Assembly (NCBI GenBank): GCA_044892525.1
Contig: CM097885.1
Span: 4,776,001 to 4,840,000, forward strand
Source: Schmidtea polychroa
Lineage: Eukaryota
DNA: 64,000 bases
Direction of reading: 5' to 3'
Shown piece after piece: positions 53,787 to 64,000 of this stretch (its first letter is position 1; every line of letters begins with the position of its first letter). Below the pieces are notes generated by a model. That model had not been told where the DNA came from, did no database searches, and worked only from the letters and a program-made list of their open reading frames with translations. The position numbers and the translations under genes were made by a program.

Positions 53787-54874
53787 CTACTGTTTTTTAT
53801 CTTTTATGTCTCTTTTCACATGTCTGATCGAGATTTAAGTGTAACCATGTATAGGCAGAATTTAATTCTCTACAACATGGCGCAATTACAATTTCAGTTT
53901 GATGCTTTGTGTGTAATGCACACATGTTTTTACAATAAATTTGTAGTTTTTCGCGCGGTTAACGTAATTTTCTTGGATTTTTATTCATATATTATATAGA
54001 TAAAATTTAATTTTCTATAAAATAGCTTGATTAAAAATTATGTCTCGTATGTTGTGTGTAATACACACATGTTTTTATGATAAATTTGTATTTTTCATAC
54101 AGTTAACGTAATTTTCTTAGGATTTTATTCATATAATATATAGATAAAATTTAATTTTCTATAAAATGGATTGATTAGAAATTATGTATCTTGTTTTGTG
54201 TGTAATACACACATGTTTTTACGATAAATTTGTATTTATTATACGTTAACGTAATTTCCTTGGATATTTATTCATATATTATATAGATAAAATTTAATTT
54301 TCTATAAAATGGATTGATCTAGAGTTTAAAATGTTGTATTATTTTATTACTTTGTTGCAATATTTTTATTATTTTAGTTACAATATTCTTTTTAATTTGT
54401 TGTCCGTCTTCGAAATAATGTATTGATTTGTCTTAATTACCATTATTATTTTATTACTTTGTTGCAATATTTTTATTATTTTAGTTACAATTTGATAAAT
54501 ATTTTACAAATTTGTTGAAATTTATCTGAAATATGTTATTACTTTGTTACAGTTTTATGAAAACGTTATTACTGTTTTGTAATTTGATGAAAAATGATAT
54601 TACTTTGTGGGTTCATCACATTATTTTTATTAAATTATTATGAAAATGTTAAATAAGTCAACTTTAGCGTCAAAATGTGTTTTAAAATATGTCCCGTATG
54701 TAAGACTAGTGACCCCGTAACATATAGCGTTTTTTATAATAAACATAAAAATCATTTAGATAGGTTTAATTTTAAAAAAGATAGTGTTTTTAAAAGACCC
54801 TCAACTATAGAAAAAAAAATAATAAAAATTAAAAAATTAAATTAGATACTTCTTCTTTTGAATCCAAGGTCGGA

Positions 54875-57800
54875 TTGCCTTTTGTGGAATCCAATGATGG
54901 ATTGGTTGTCGAATCCCATGATGGATTGGTTGTTGAATCCCAGGTCGGATTAGATAATATTTCCCTTGACTCTTGGGATGGATTAAATATAATACAAATA
55001 GGTGGAAATGTTCCAATAATACAAAAAGATCTAAGAGGTACCCATCAAATATTAAGCTTAAATACAAGCGACTTAAATATAAAAGAAATAATATTTCCTG
55101 AACAACTAATAAAAAAATTACGAGATATTATTAACGAATTAGGCTCCGTCAAAATTCAATTCGGAATAACAATCGAATTTGAAAAAGACGGGGAAATAAA
55201 GGTTAATAATATCTCAAATTATGCAAAGCCTTTAACTGCATCATTTTTTGACGAAGGCATTAGGGAACTAAACGAGAAAATAAGTAATATCACAGAGTTA
55301 GGAAGTAGCTGGATCATAAAAAAAAAAATAACAGAAATTCACTTCACCATAACAAAGATAAGTAGGCTAAGTAGATTAAGTGGTAGGAGTTTCATTGAAC
55401 TACCTACTTATCTAAAAAATAAATATTGTTTAATTAATATAAAAAACACCGATGATTCATGTTTTTTATATAGCATTTTAGCTATTTTAAAATATGATGA
55501 GGTTAGTAGTTATGCTAGAAATAGGAGATCCAGTTATAATTTATCTGAATTAATATATAATCCATTGGACTTACCCATGAAATTAAAAGATATTAGAAAA
55601 TTCGAGGCCAAAAATCCTGGTTTAATAATTAACGTTTTTTCTTATGACAATAACAAACAATTAATAGATAATTACGTTTTAAAACACCCACATTTAGACA
55701 TTATACATCGTTCCAAAGTTTTAAATGGAACTGTAATTAATTTACTATTATTAAATAAAGGGAACAATTTCCATTACGTTGCTATAAGCAATTTAAATAG
55801 GTTATTGAATTGTGGTATCAACACTACTTGTCCTACATGCATACGTTCATTATGGTGCCATCGGTGTTTGAATGGGTTTAATAATAGAAACGCTCTAGAA
55901 AAACATGAAATATTATGCAAACGTAATCAATTAGGAACAACTCTTTATACTTTCCCTCAAAATAAATTCTTACAGTTTACTGACTGGTCGAAAACAGTAA
56001 CTCCTCCTTTTGTAGTTTATGCCGATTTTGAGGCTATTTTACCTTCTGATAATGATCATTTTCAGCGACACATGCCAATATCTGCTGGTCTTTTACTAGT
56101 AAATAACTTTGACGGATCTAAATCTTATCAGCAGTTCATAGGTTTAGATTGCGTCGAGAGTTTTTTAAGTGCTATAGAGGATATAGCATTAAATAAGGTT
56201 CTTCCTTTTTATTATAAAATGGGTAGGAAACCAATGATTAAATTAACGAAAATTGAGCAACAACAATTCATTAATTCAACGGTTTGTTATCTTTGTTTGA
56301 AATCTATCGTGGATCCTGTTAGAGATCACGATCATTTTACGGGGAAATACTTGGGTGCAGCTTGTAGCACATGTAACGTAAATAGAAAAATAAATAAAAT
56401 TTTGCCTATCGTATTTCACAACTTGAAGGGATACGATATGCACCATATACTTAAATATGGATTAAATAAATTTAAAAATTGGAATTTAGGGTGCATCCCA
56501 ATAACTACGCAAAAATTTATATCTTTGATTGCTCATTTAGGTAAAATTAGCCTAAGATTCATTGATTCGTATCAATTTGTCAATGATTCTTTGGCTAAAG
56601 CAGTCAAAACTTTGAATTCTTTGCCTTTTACTAATTCTGCTTTTTCTGGCACCATAGTAAGTGAAAAAGGAATCTTCCCTTATAATTTCGCCACTTCTTT
56701 AGATATTCTCCAAACTACTTATGAATTACCACCAATCTGGGAGGGTGTCACTGAGCTTGAGTATGAAAAAGCTCAGGAGATTTGGGTAGAAACTAATTGT
56801 GTAACTTTATTAGATTATATGATGATCTACCTAAAACTTGATTGTTTTCTTTTGGCTGATTTCTTTCATCAGTTTCGGTTGAAATCCATTGCTCACAATA
56901 GATTGGAACCATTGAATTATTTCGGAATTCCAGGCATGTCTTGGTCTTCTGCATTAATGTCTTTAAATGAACCAATTGAACTCATAACTGAAAACGAAAT
57001 GTTTAGCTTTTATGAGGGTGGAATAAGAGGCGGTCTTACTTTTGTGAATAAGCATTACGTAAAAACCGACGAGAACACCGAGTTACTATATATAGATATT
57101 AATAATCTTTATGGCTGGGCTTTAAGTCAATCATTACCTTGTGGCGAATTTTGTTGGGTTCTTGATGGATTTGATAAAATAATGGATGAATGTAGGAATT
57201 TAAATCTTGAATCTTTGTCTTATGGATACATACTTGAAGTTGATCTTGTAATTCCTTCTGAGCTTCATGATAAGTTGGATGATTTCCCTGTAGCTGCTGA
57301 AAAAATGAAACCTGCTGGGTCTAAGGTTGAAAAATTATTATTAACTCATCTTCCAAAATCTAATTATGTTATTCATTGGAGATTATTAAAATTATATTTG
57401 GAACTTGGTGTTAAAGTAACACGTGTAAATAGGGGTGTAAGATTTAAGCAATCACCAATTTTTAAAAAATATATAGATACAAATACTGAATTAAGATCAA
57501 AAAGCGTAAATAGCTTAGATAAAAATTATTATAAATTGCTAAATAATAGTTTATACGGCAAAACAGTTGAAAATTTAAAGAGAAGAATGAATCTTCGTCT
57601 TTGTACAACTGCCGGTAAATTAGTTAAATATTCGTCAAAACCGACTTTTAAAAAATCTATTAAAATAGCAGATAATTTAATTGCAGCACTATTGAATTCC
57701 GATTCTATATGTTTAGATAGACCGAGTTACATTGGTCAATCTGTACTTGATCTATCTAAACTTAGAATGTATGAATTGCAATATAAGGATCTGGAATCAT

Positions 57801-58459
57801 TTCGCAATGAGTTTAATTGTAAAATTAATATCGTTGCAGGTGATACAGATTCTTTTTTCCTCGAAGTCATTAACTGCAAACTTAAGGTTCTTTTACCTGC
57901 AATGGTTCGAGATAATTTATTGGATACTTCCAATTACAATAGTTGTCATTCCTTATATAGTAAGAACCTTGATTCAGTCATTGGAAAGTTCAAAGACGAG
58001 AATAAAGGTCTTAAATATAAGGAGTGGGTTTTTCTTAGACCTAAATGTTATAGCTTGTTGGGTGATGAGGAAACAAAAAAGGCTAAAGGTGTAACATTGA
58101 AAGGTAGTGACATAAAACATCAGTCATACCTGGATTGTTATAACACTAACCAGATTTTTTCGGTTCCTCAGACTAAAATAACAAGCAAAAATCATCAAAT
58201 TTTTACAATTAAAAACACAAAAATAGCACTAACTAACAAAGATGACAAAAGGGTTTGGGTGGGGCAAAATACTAGTCTTGCATATGGGCATGTAAGATTA
58301 AGTGAATTAAATATTGGAGAAAATGTTGGAGAAATTGTTGCAGAAAATGTTTCAGAAAATGTTGGAGAAAATGATGGAGAAGATGAGGAAGAATTAAATG
58401 AAGATTTTGGAGAAGATGACATCGATATCGATGACGTTATTTTGTCCGATGAGGACTAA
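54875..58459 (+). CDS. Protein-primed family B DNA polymerase (right-arm copy); true start probably upstream at 54675
   Basis: Identical to the left copy except two residues noticed (NDRL/NDGL, GYTL/GYIL); catalytic motifs intact. Confidence 0.95.
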   Translation: MPFVESNDGLVVESHDGLVVESQVGLDNISLDSWDGLNIIQIGGNVPIIQKDLRGTHQILSLNTSDLNIKEIIFPEQLIKKLRDIINELGSVKIQFGITIEFEKDGEIKVNNISNYAKPLTASFFDEGIRELNEKISNITELGSSWIIKKKITEIHFTITKISRLSRLSGRSFIELPTYLKNKYCLINIKNTDDSCFLYSILAILKYDEVSSYARNRRSSYNLSELIYNPLDLPMKLKDIRKFEAKNPGLIINVFSYDNNKQLIDNYVLKHPHLDIIHRSKVLNGTVINLLLLNKGNNFHYVAISNLNRLLNCGINTTCPTCIRSLWCHRCLNGFNNRNALEKHEILCKRNQLGTTLYTFPQNKFLQFTDWSKTVTPPFVVYADFEAILPSDNDHFQRHMPISAGLLLVNNFDGSKSYQQFIGLDCVESFLSAIEDIALNKVLPFYYKMGRKPMIKLTKIEQQQFINSTVCYLCLKSIVDPVRDHDHFTGKYLGAACSTCNVNRKINKILPIVFHNLKGYDMHHILKYGLNKFKNWNLGCIPITTQKFISLIAHLGKISLRFIDSYQFVNDSLAKAVKTLNSLPFTNSAFSGTIVSEKGIFPYNFATSLDILQTTYELPPIWEGVTELEYEKAQEIWVETNCVTLLDYMMIYLKLDCFLLADFFHQFRLKSIAHNRLEPLNYFGIPGMSWSSALMSLNEPIELITENEMFSFYEGGIRGGLTFVNKHYVKTDENTELLYIDINNLYGWALSQSLPCGEFCWVLDGFDKIMDECRNLNLESLSYGYILEVDLVIPSELHDKLDDFPVAAEKMKPAGSKVEKLLLTHLPKSNYVIHWRLLKLYLELGVKVTRVNRGVRFKQSPIFKKYIDTNTELRSKSVNSLDKNYYKLLNNSLYGKTVENLKRRMNLRLCTTAGKLVKYSSKPTFKKSIKIADNLIAALLNSDSICLDRPSYIGQSVLDLSKLRMYELQYKDLESFRNEFNCKINIVAGDTDSFFLEVINCKLKVLLPAMVRDNLLDTSNYNSCHSLYSKNLDSVIGKFKDENKGLKYKEWVFLRPKCYSLLGDEETKKAKGVTLKGSDIKHQSYLDCYNTNQIFSVPQTKITSKNHQIFTIKNTKIALTNKDDKRVWVGQNTSLAYGHVRLSELNIGENVGEIVAENVSENVGENDGEDEEELNEDFGEDDIDIDDVILSDED

Positions 58460-58646
58460 TTTTATTGAATAAATTTTATATCTTTACATTTGTTATTTGG
58501 TAAATTTTTATGTTTGTTATGTGTCTAGTTCATTTTTATGTGTTTAGTTAATGTTTATATGTTTCGTTATGTGTCTAGTTATTTTAATGTGTTTAGTTAA
58601 TTTTTTATGTGTTGTATAGTATTTGGTTGATATATTATTAATATTA

Positions 58647-58714
<68 letters not shown>

Positions 58715-61049
58715 TCATAAAAATTTTCATTAAAAATTATCTTAAAAATTATTCTATTAAAATTTCCATTAAAAATTACCATTGAAAATTATTCATAAAA
58801 ATTTCTATTAAAAATTACTTAAAAAATAATTCATTAAAATTTCCATTAAAAAATTTCAATTCTCAAACACCTTCTATTTTTGTTAATAAATTTAAAAATC
58901 TTACTTTAATTTACTTATTACATTACTTTAATTTACTTATTTAAAAATTATTACTTTAATTTACTTATTTAACTTTAATTTAAATTTTTTTTTTACCATT
59001 GATTATTTAATTTTAAAATTTGGACCTTAATTAACTTTAATTTAATTTTTAGAACCATAATTTACTTTAATTTTAAAATTTTTGACCATTATTTACTGTA
59101 ATTTAAATTTTAGAACCATTATTTACTGTAATTTAAAATATTTGGACCATTATTTACTTTAATTTAATTTTTTAGAACCATTATTTACTTTAATTTAAAA
59201 ATTTGGATCATAATTTACTTTAATTTAAATTTTTGGACTGTAATTCAAAAATTTTGACCATAATTTACTTTAATTTAATTTTTAAGAACCATAATTTACT
59301 TTAATTTAATTTTTAAGAACCATAATTTACTTTAATTTAAAAATTTGGACCATAATTTACTGTAATTTAATTTTTTAGAACCATTATTTACTTTAATTGA
59401 AAAATCTTAGCCCATAATTTACTTATTTAGACCATAATTTACTTTATTTCAAAAATAAATCTGAACCTTGATTTACTTAAATTTTTAGACCCATCATTTA
59501 CTTTATTTTTAAATTTTAGACCCATAATTTACTTTATTTTAAAAATTTACTATGCGTTTTTTAATGTAAACCACCTTTTCTATTGAAATTCTCATGACCA
59601 AGAAGATCCCCTCACTATAGTGTGAAAAATCCATGCTTTTTTATTGAAGACTACCTTTTTCTATTGAAATTCTCAGGACCAAGGAGACCCACCCAAATAA
59701 TATTTATCCTTGGCTTGTTTATTGAAAAAAAAAAAAAAAAAAAAAAAATTTGTATTTAAAATCCCAGAAAACATTGGGCATTACGGCAACAATTATGTAA
59801 TCAAAAAATGTCTACGGAAAAAGTTATGCAATCAAAAGTTTGCAACATTTTTTACCCCCCCCCCCCTATTGCTGCCGCGGGCCACTAACTCCCTACTGAC
59901 GGGGGACTTTTATATTTTATAAAATAGAGTTTCTTAACGGAGAATCTTTAATTTCTTTCGTGACGACGGGAATATATAAAAGTGGTTGTTGGAGGCATAC
60001 GTAAAAATGTTTATGTAGAAAATCCATAATTATTACTGTATAATATTATTTATTTTCTAGCATTACACACACAAACGTTTGGATTGCATATTGTAAATTG
60101 AACTCGTTTGAAATCGACTAATTGAAATTATCATTTACATATAACAGAAGCTGGAAACAGGAATAATTTTTTAAATTAAAAATAAAATCTCTCAAAATAA
60201 ATATGTTGGGATTTTATAAATTGATGAGAGATAAAAATGAAATGCACAAAGATAAAGTTATATTCAAAACAATTAAAAATCAATATTTCTCAGGGAAACA
60301 AAATGAGTAGGTAGCAAAACAAACACAGATATAATAATTTCAAATCGATTGGCGATTCTTGGGCTGTGTTATTTTAAAAGTTAATTAATTGATTGAAATT
60401 TTAATTAGGTCATAAATCATATCAGTTAGAAAAACAAAATTTTCAAGTTTGTCAAGCTTAAGTAAAAATAATTTAATTTGTTTTAATTCTCAGTCTTTAA
60501 AGGCTGATAAAATTTAATTATTTTTTAAGAATTTGGAAGATCACAAGATGAGAAATTGGTTTGATCATATGAAAGGAGCAGAATAGTCAGTATAGTTGTC
60601 AGTATAATTGTCAAAGAAAATTTTTTGCAAGTATAAAGTTAAAGAATAAAAGGTGTGCTAGACAAAGTTAAAGAGGAAAGTATTGTTGGTTGATTATTAT
60701 ATCAGATCAGAATGGTATTAGTTATTTGAGGAGGTTAATACTTGTGGTCATAGTGTTAATAGTGCTGTGTTGTGCATTTTCTTTTAATAAACATAGAGAA
60801 TTCTCGATTTCAGATTACGAGCTATTTTCCTGCCGATGCCAAAAAAATGTTTTTGAGTCAAAACTTTAAACCCTTAGTCCTCTGGCAGTTTCGTTCCCCT
60901 GAATAAATAAATGAGTTACAGTATTATAGCTACAAAATCCAAAGATCTATCATAAAAAAATACTTTCCCGCATTATTTACCACATCAGTTACTCTTAGCA
61001 GTAGATGTAAAATAATTTTAAAAATCAAATATTTTTAAATTACAATTTA

Positions 61050-61649
61050 TTATTATAAGAACTTTTTTCAAATTTCACCACTGATTACTTTTCAATTTAC
61101 ATTGTATATATTAGTTTTCTTATTGAAATTTTTAATGTAAGTTTTGTTTAACCTATGATAAAAATATTTTACACAATTTTAAAAACTTAAGATTATTCAT
61201 TTAAATTTACCCAAACACTCGTGCTACTTTAAACAGAAAATTAAATTTAGAATTTATAAAAGAAATTAATTTTATTTATTAAAAATGAAAAACATTTTAA
61301 TTAATGTAAAAAATTATTATTAAATTTATTAATAAAAATTATTAATAAAATTTATATATTTAAATAAATAAATAATTTTTAATTCCCATATAAAAATATT
61401 TAAAAAATGGTTATAAAATTAAATAATTAAATTATTTTAATTTTAAATTTTATTATTTTTACTTTTATAAAATAAATTTTAAACAATAAATTATAAAAAA
61501 TAATTTTGAATATCATTACTACTATAGATAAAACTCTTTTATTTTCCAATGAAACCAAAATTTTATAATGTTATCATAATTTTTTAATAAATGCAAAGTC
61601 AATTGAAAAGAAATCAGTAGTGAAATTTGAAAAAAAGTTCTTATAATAA
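61050..61649. mobile_element. ~600-bp MITE-like element
   Basis: Inverted ends 'ttattataagaacttttttcaaatttcaccactgatt' and 'aatcagtagtgaaatttgaaaaaaagttcttataataa' around AT-rich non-coding DNA. Confidence 0.6.
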
Positions 61650-61825
61650 AAATTAATATACTTATAAAAACATATTTAATTAAAATCATAAAATTTCCTT
61701 AAAAAATTAAAAAATTAAAATTTGAAAATATGAAAAAAATATATTTTAAATGAAAAAATTTTTAAATATTTGTTTGAATATATTTAATTGTTATTTCATA
61801 TTTAACATTTGACATCCTCTCAACA

Positions 61826-63445
61826 ATGCCTCCGAAATTTCTTACAAAATCCGAAAGGAAAACATTGGAAGAAGAACAAGATCAACAATTGATCAGTTGC
61901 ATCAAATTGTCCCATAATTTTGTCAACAGAACCGAAGATCAAAGCGCACCAATGAAATCATTTGCACTTGAAAATTTGAACATGACGATCCTTGAAAAGG
62001 TTTTGCTCAAAGATTCAACTATCACAATTGAACATGGGAAAAGATATGGTCTTATTGGTAGCAATGGATCCGGTAAATCTATCCTATTCAAAGCCATTCA
62101 AATGGGCTTATTCGACTTTCCAAAGGATTACACAATCGGAATTGTCGAAGAAGAATGTCTTGCTGATGGAACTAAAGTTGTCGAATGCTTTGTTGGTAAA
62201 GATGAAGTTGAAGATTTCATGGTGAGATTTGCTGACGTGAAAAGCAGAGCTGTCAACAAGAAGAACAAAGATGTTGAAGTACCAAAACTCGTGAAAATAT
62301 TAGATGGAATGGGATTTACTGCTGAAAAGATGAATGACCACGTTGGTAATTTATCTGGTGGTTGGAGAATGAAGATTAGTTTGGCAACTGTTCTGATGGC
62401 TGAACCAGATCTTTTACTTTTAGATGAACCAACTAACATGTTGGACGATAGAACTATCAAATGGTTGTCGGGATTTTTGAAAGAATGGAAGACGAATTTA
62501 TTTTTCATTTCTCATGACGGAGGCTTTTTATCTAACGTTGCAACGGATTTGTTATCAATTGAAAATAAAACTGTCGTACATTATGCTTGCAAATACTACG
62601 AATGGTTGAGGAATCAAGAACTCGACAGAGATAAAGTTAGAAATCAAATCCAAGAACAAAAGGCACAGAAAGCTGAATTGATGGAATACATAAAAAAGTT
62701 CGAAAAGACAAAAAAGAAAGAAGTCGCTGCTAAAAGACAACAAATAAAAAAGATGCCCGTCATTGATGAAAGTATTCTAGAACCGAGAGAAATCTGGAGA
62801 TTTCCCGCTTGCTTGAAAATCAAGTGCGCTACAATTGAAACGAATGAAATGGGATTCAGTTTTGGTCCCGCTAAAGAAATATTTAGAAACATCACATTAC
62901 GCGTTCAACCCGATTCTAAAATCTGCATCCTCGGAGACAACGGTTGCGGTAAAACTACTCTATTGAAGATCTTCATGAAAATCCTCAAACCCACCAATGG
63001 AAACATGTTCTTAAATGATCGAACAAATGTCGGCTACTTCAGCCAGCATTACGTCGACCATTTGGAACTGGATAAATCAGCAATTGAAATTATGCAGATC
63101 CGAGTTCCCAACTGCAAACTCGAAACTTATCAAAGTCATTTGTTGAAATTCGGAATCACAAGTGAAGATTGGAACATTCCCGTCAGATGTTTATCATCGG
63201 GACAAAAGTCAAGAGTAGCTTTCTCCACTATTTACATGCAGAAGCCTAACTTTTTGATTTTCGATGAACCGACAAGTCATTTGGATAAAGATGGAACTGA
63301 AGCTTTAGAAGATGCTTTGAGGAAATTCAAAGGAGGAGTTATTGTTGTTACTCACGATGGAAGGATGATGTCAAATGTTTGCAAGGATTTGTGGTACATC
63401 CAGAACAGAACTGTCAGCGTTGTTGAGGACGGCTGTATGATATAA
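61826..63445 (+). CDS. ABCF-family ATPase (ABCF3/GCN20-like), single exon
   Basis: Two ABC cassettes (GSNGSGKS, LSGGW, LLLDEPTN; GDNGCGKT, LSSGQ, LIFDEPTSHLD) and no transmembrane segments. Confidence 0.92.
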   Translation: MPPKFLTKSERKTLEEEQDQQLISCIKLSHNFVNRTEDQSAPMKSFALENLNMTILEKVLLKDSTITIEHGKRYGLIGSNGSGKSILFKAIQMGLFDFPKDYTIGIVEEECLADGTKVVECFVGKDEVEDFMVRFADVKSRAVNKKNKDVEVPKLVKILDGMGFTAEKMNDHVGNLSGGWRMKISLATVLMAEPDLLLLDEPTNMLDDRTIKWLSGFLKEWKTNLFFISHDGGFLSNVATDLLSIENKTVVHYACKYYEWLRNQELDRDKVRNQIQEQKAQKAELMEYIKKFEKTKKKEVAAKRQQIKKMPVIDESILEPREIWRFPACLKIKCATIETNEMGFSFGPAKEIFRNITLRVQPDSKICILGDNGCGKTTLLKIFMKILKPTNGNMFLNDRTNVGYFSQHYVDHLELDKSAIEIMQIRVPNCKLETYQSHLLKFGITSEDWNIPVRCLSSGQKSRVAFSTIYMQKPNFLIFDEPTSHLDKDGTEALEDALRKFKGGVIVVTHDGRMMSNVCKDLWYIQNRTVSVVEDGCMI

Positions 63446-64000
63446 ATAAATGTTTAGATAAATTATTTCATTATTTCGCCTGTTTAACTTGTAAGCAATT
63501 AAATATTATATCTTTTTTATACTGTTGTTGATTTTGATCAAGTATGAAACGAACCTTATATAGTTCAACAAATGATCCGGTAGTTCCTTTGGTGTTACAT
63601 TTGAAAGGTTTATTGTAAGGTTAATAAAGAATTATTATTATTGTTTTATATTTTAATCTATTTATTTTTCGTATTAAACTGGTTAATTGATTAAAACAAA
63701 AAATTAATTTATTAGATCATTTTTTATGAAATTGGATCTAACATTTTTGATCCGAATCCCAAAAACAATTATTAAGCAAAAATAAAAGAATTTACGAATC
63801 AAATTTAAAATGAAACCTTGAAATATTGTTATTATCCTTATTATTATTATTATTGTATTAAGTCAAAATGAATAAAGGTTTTGTTCTTATCAATTTTCAT
63901 TTGCTTGACTCCAAGTTTATAAGCCAACAGAGCCTGTTCTCCAGTTTGGCCATATTTTGAAATCTTAGCTTCAAATTCTTCTAACACTCGCCTTGCGTTC

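Larger units (their letters stand above)
46493..59897. mobile_element. 13.4-kb giant-palindromic element encoding only two inverted pPolB genes
   Basis: Termini AGTAGGGAGTTAGTGGCC...GGCCACTAACTCCCTACT, TSD GACGGG (46487-46492 and 59898-59903). Near-perfect inverted arms of ~6.2 kb flank a ~1.1-kb centre. Confidence 0.97.

Noticed and set aside
53319..53827. ORFs in the palindrome centre
   Set aside because: They arise from ~213-bp tandem repeats, start at non-ATG codons and show no protein motif.
46493..59897. Pure assembly-artefact explanation for the palindrome
   Set aside because: Direct 6-bp TSDs with different outer flanks, a unique centre, small arm differences and a second element of the same design argue against it. 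Read-level confirmation is still needed.

Overview
Very AT-rich eukaryotic DNA with long (ATT/AAT)n tracts and ~45-50 bp introns. This is consistent with an invertebrate such as a planarian flatworm (inference only). Host genes are sparse: a 4-exon TRAF gene, an SLC46-like MFS transporter, an ABCF ATPase and a truncated proteasome alpha-6 copy. Most of the window is mobile DNA. (1) A decaying 20.7-kb Polinton/Maverick (11660-32352) has ~718-bp TIRs and a 6-bp TSD GGTTAG. It encodes PLA2-integrase, packaging ATPase, a pX-like protein, adenain, penton, a fibre-like protein and pPolB, but no major capsid gene is visible. (2) An 8.7-kb giant-palindromic element (14961-23696, TSD GGATGC) is nested in it and carries two inverted IAP-type RING genes. 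(3) A 13.4-kb giant-palindromic element (46493-59897, TSD GACGGG) carries two inverted, nearly identical protein-primed DNA polymerase genes and no other recognisable gene; four further relics of this family lie in the first 11 kb. (4) There is also a gypsy LTR element with TA..TA ends in an (AAT)n tract, plus LINE, Penelope, hAT and MITE fragments. The standout observation is the pair of integrase-less palindromes with one gene per arm, AGTAG...CTACT ends and 6-bp TSDs. They look like satellites or segments of a Polinton-dependent, possibly multipartite or hairpin-replicating, system.
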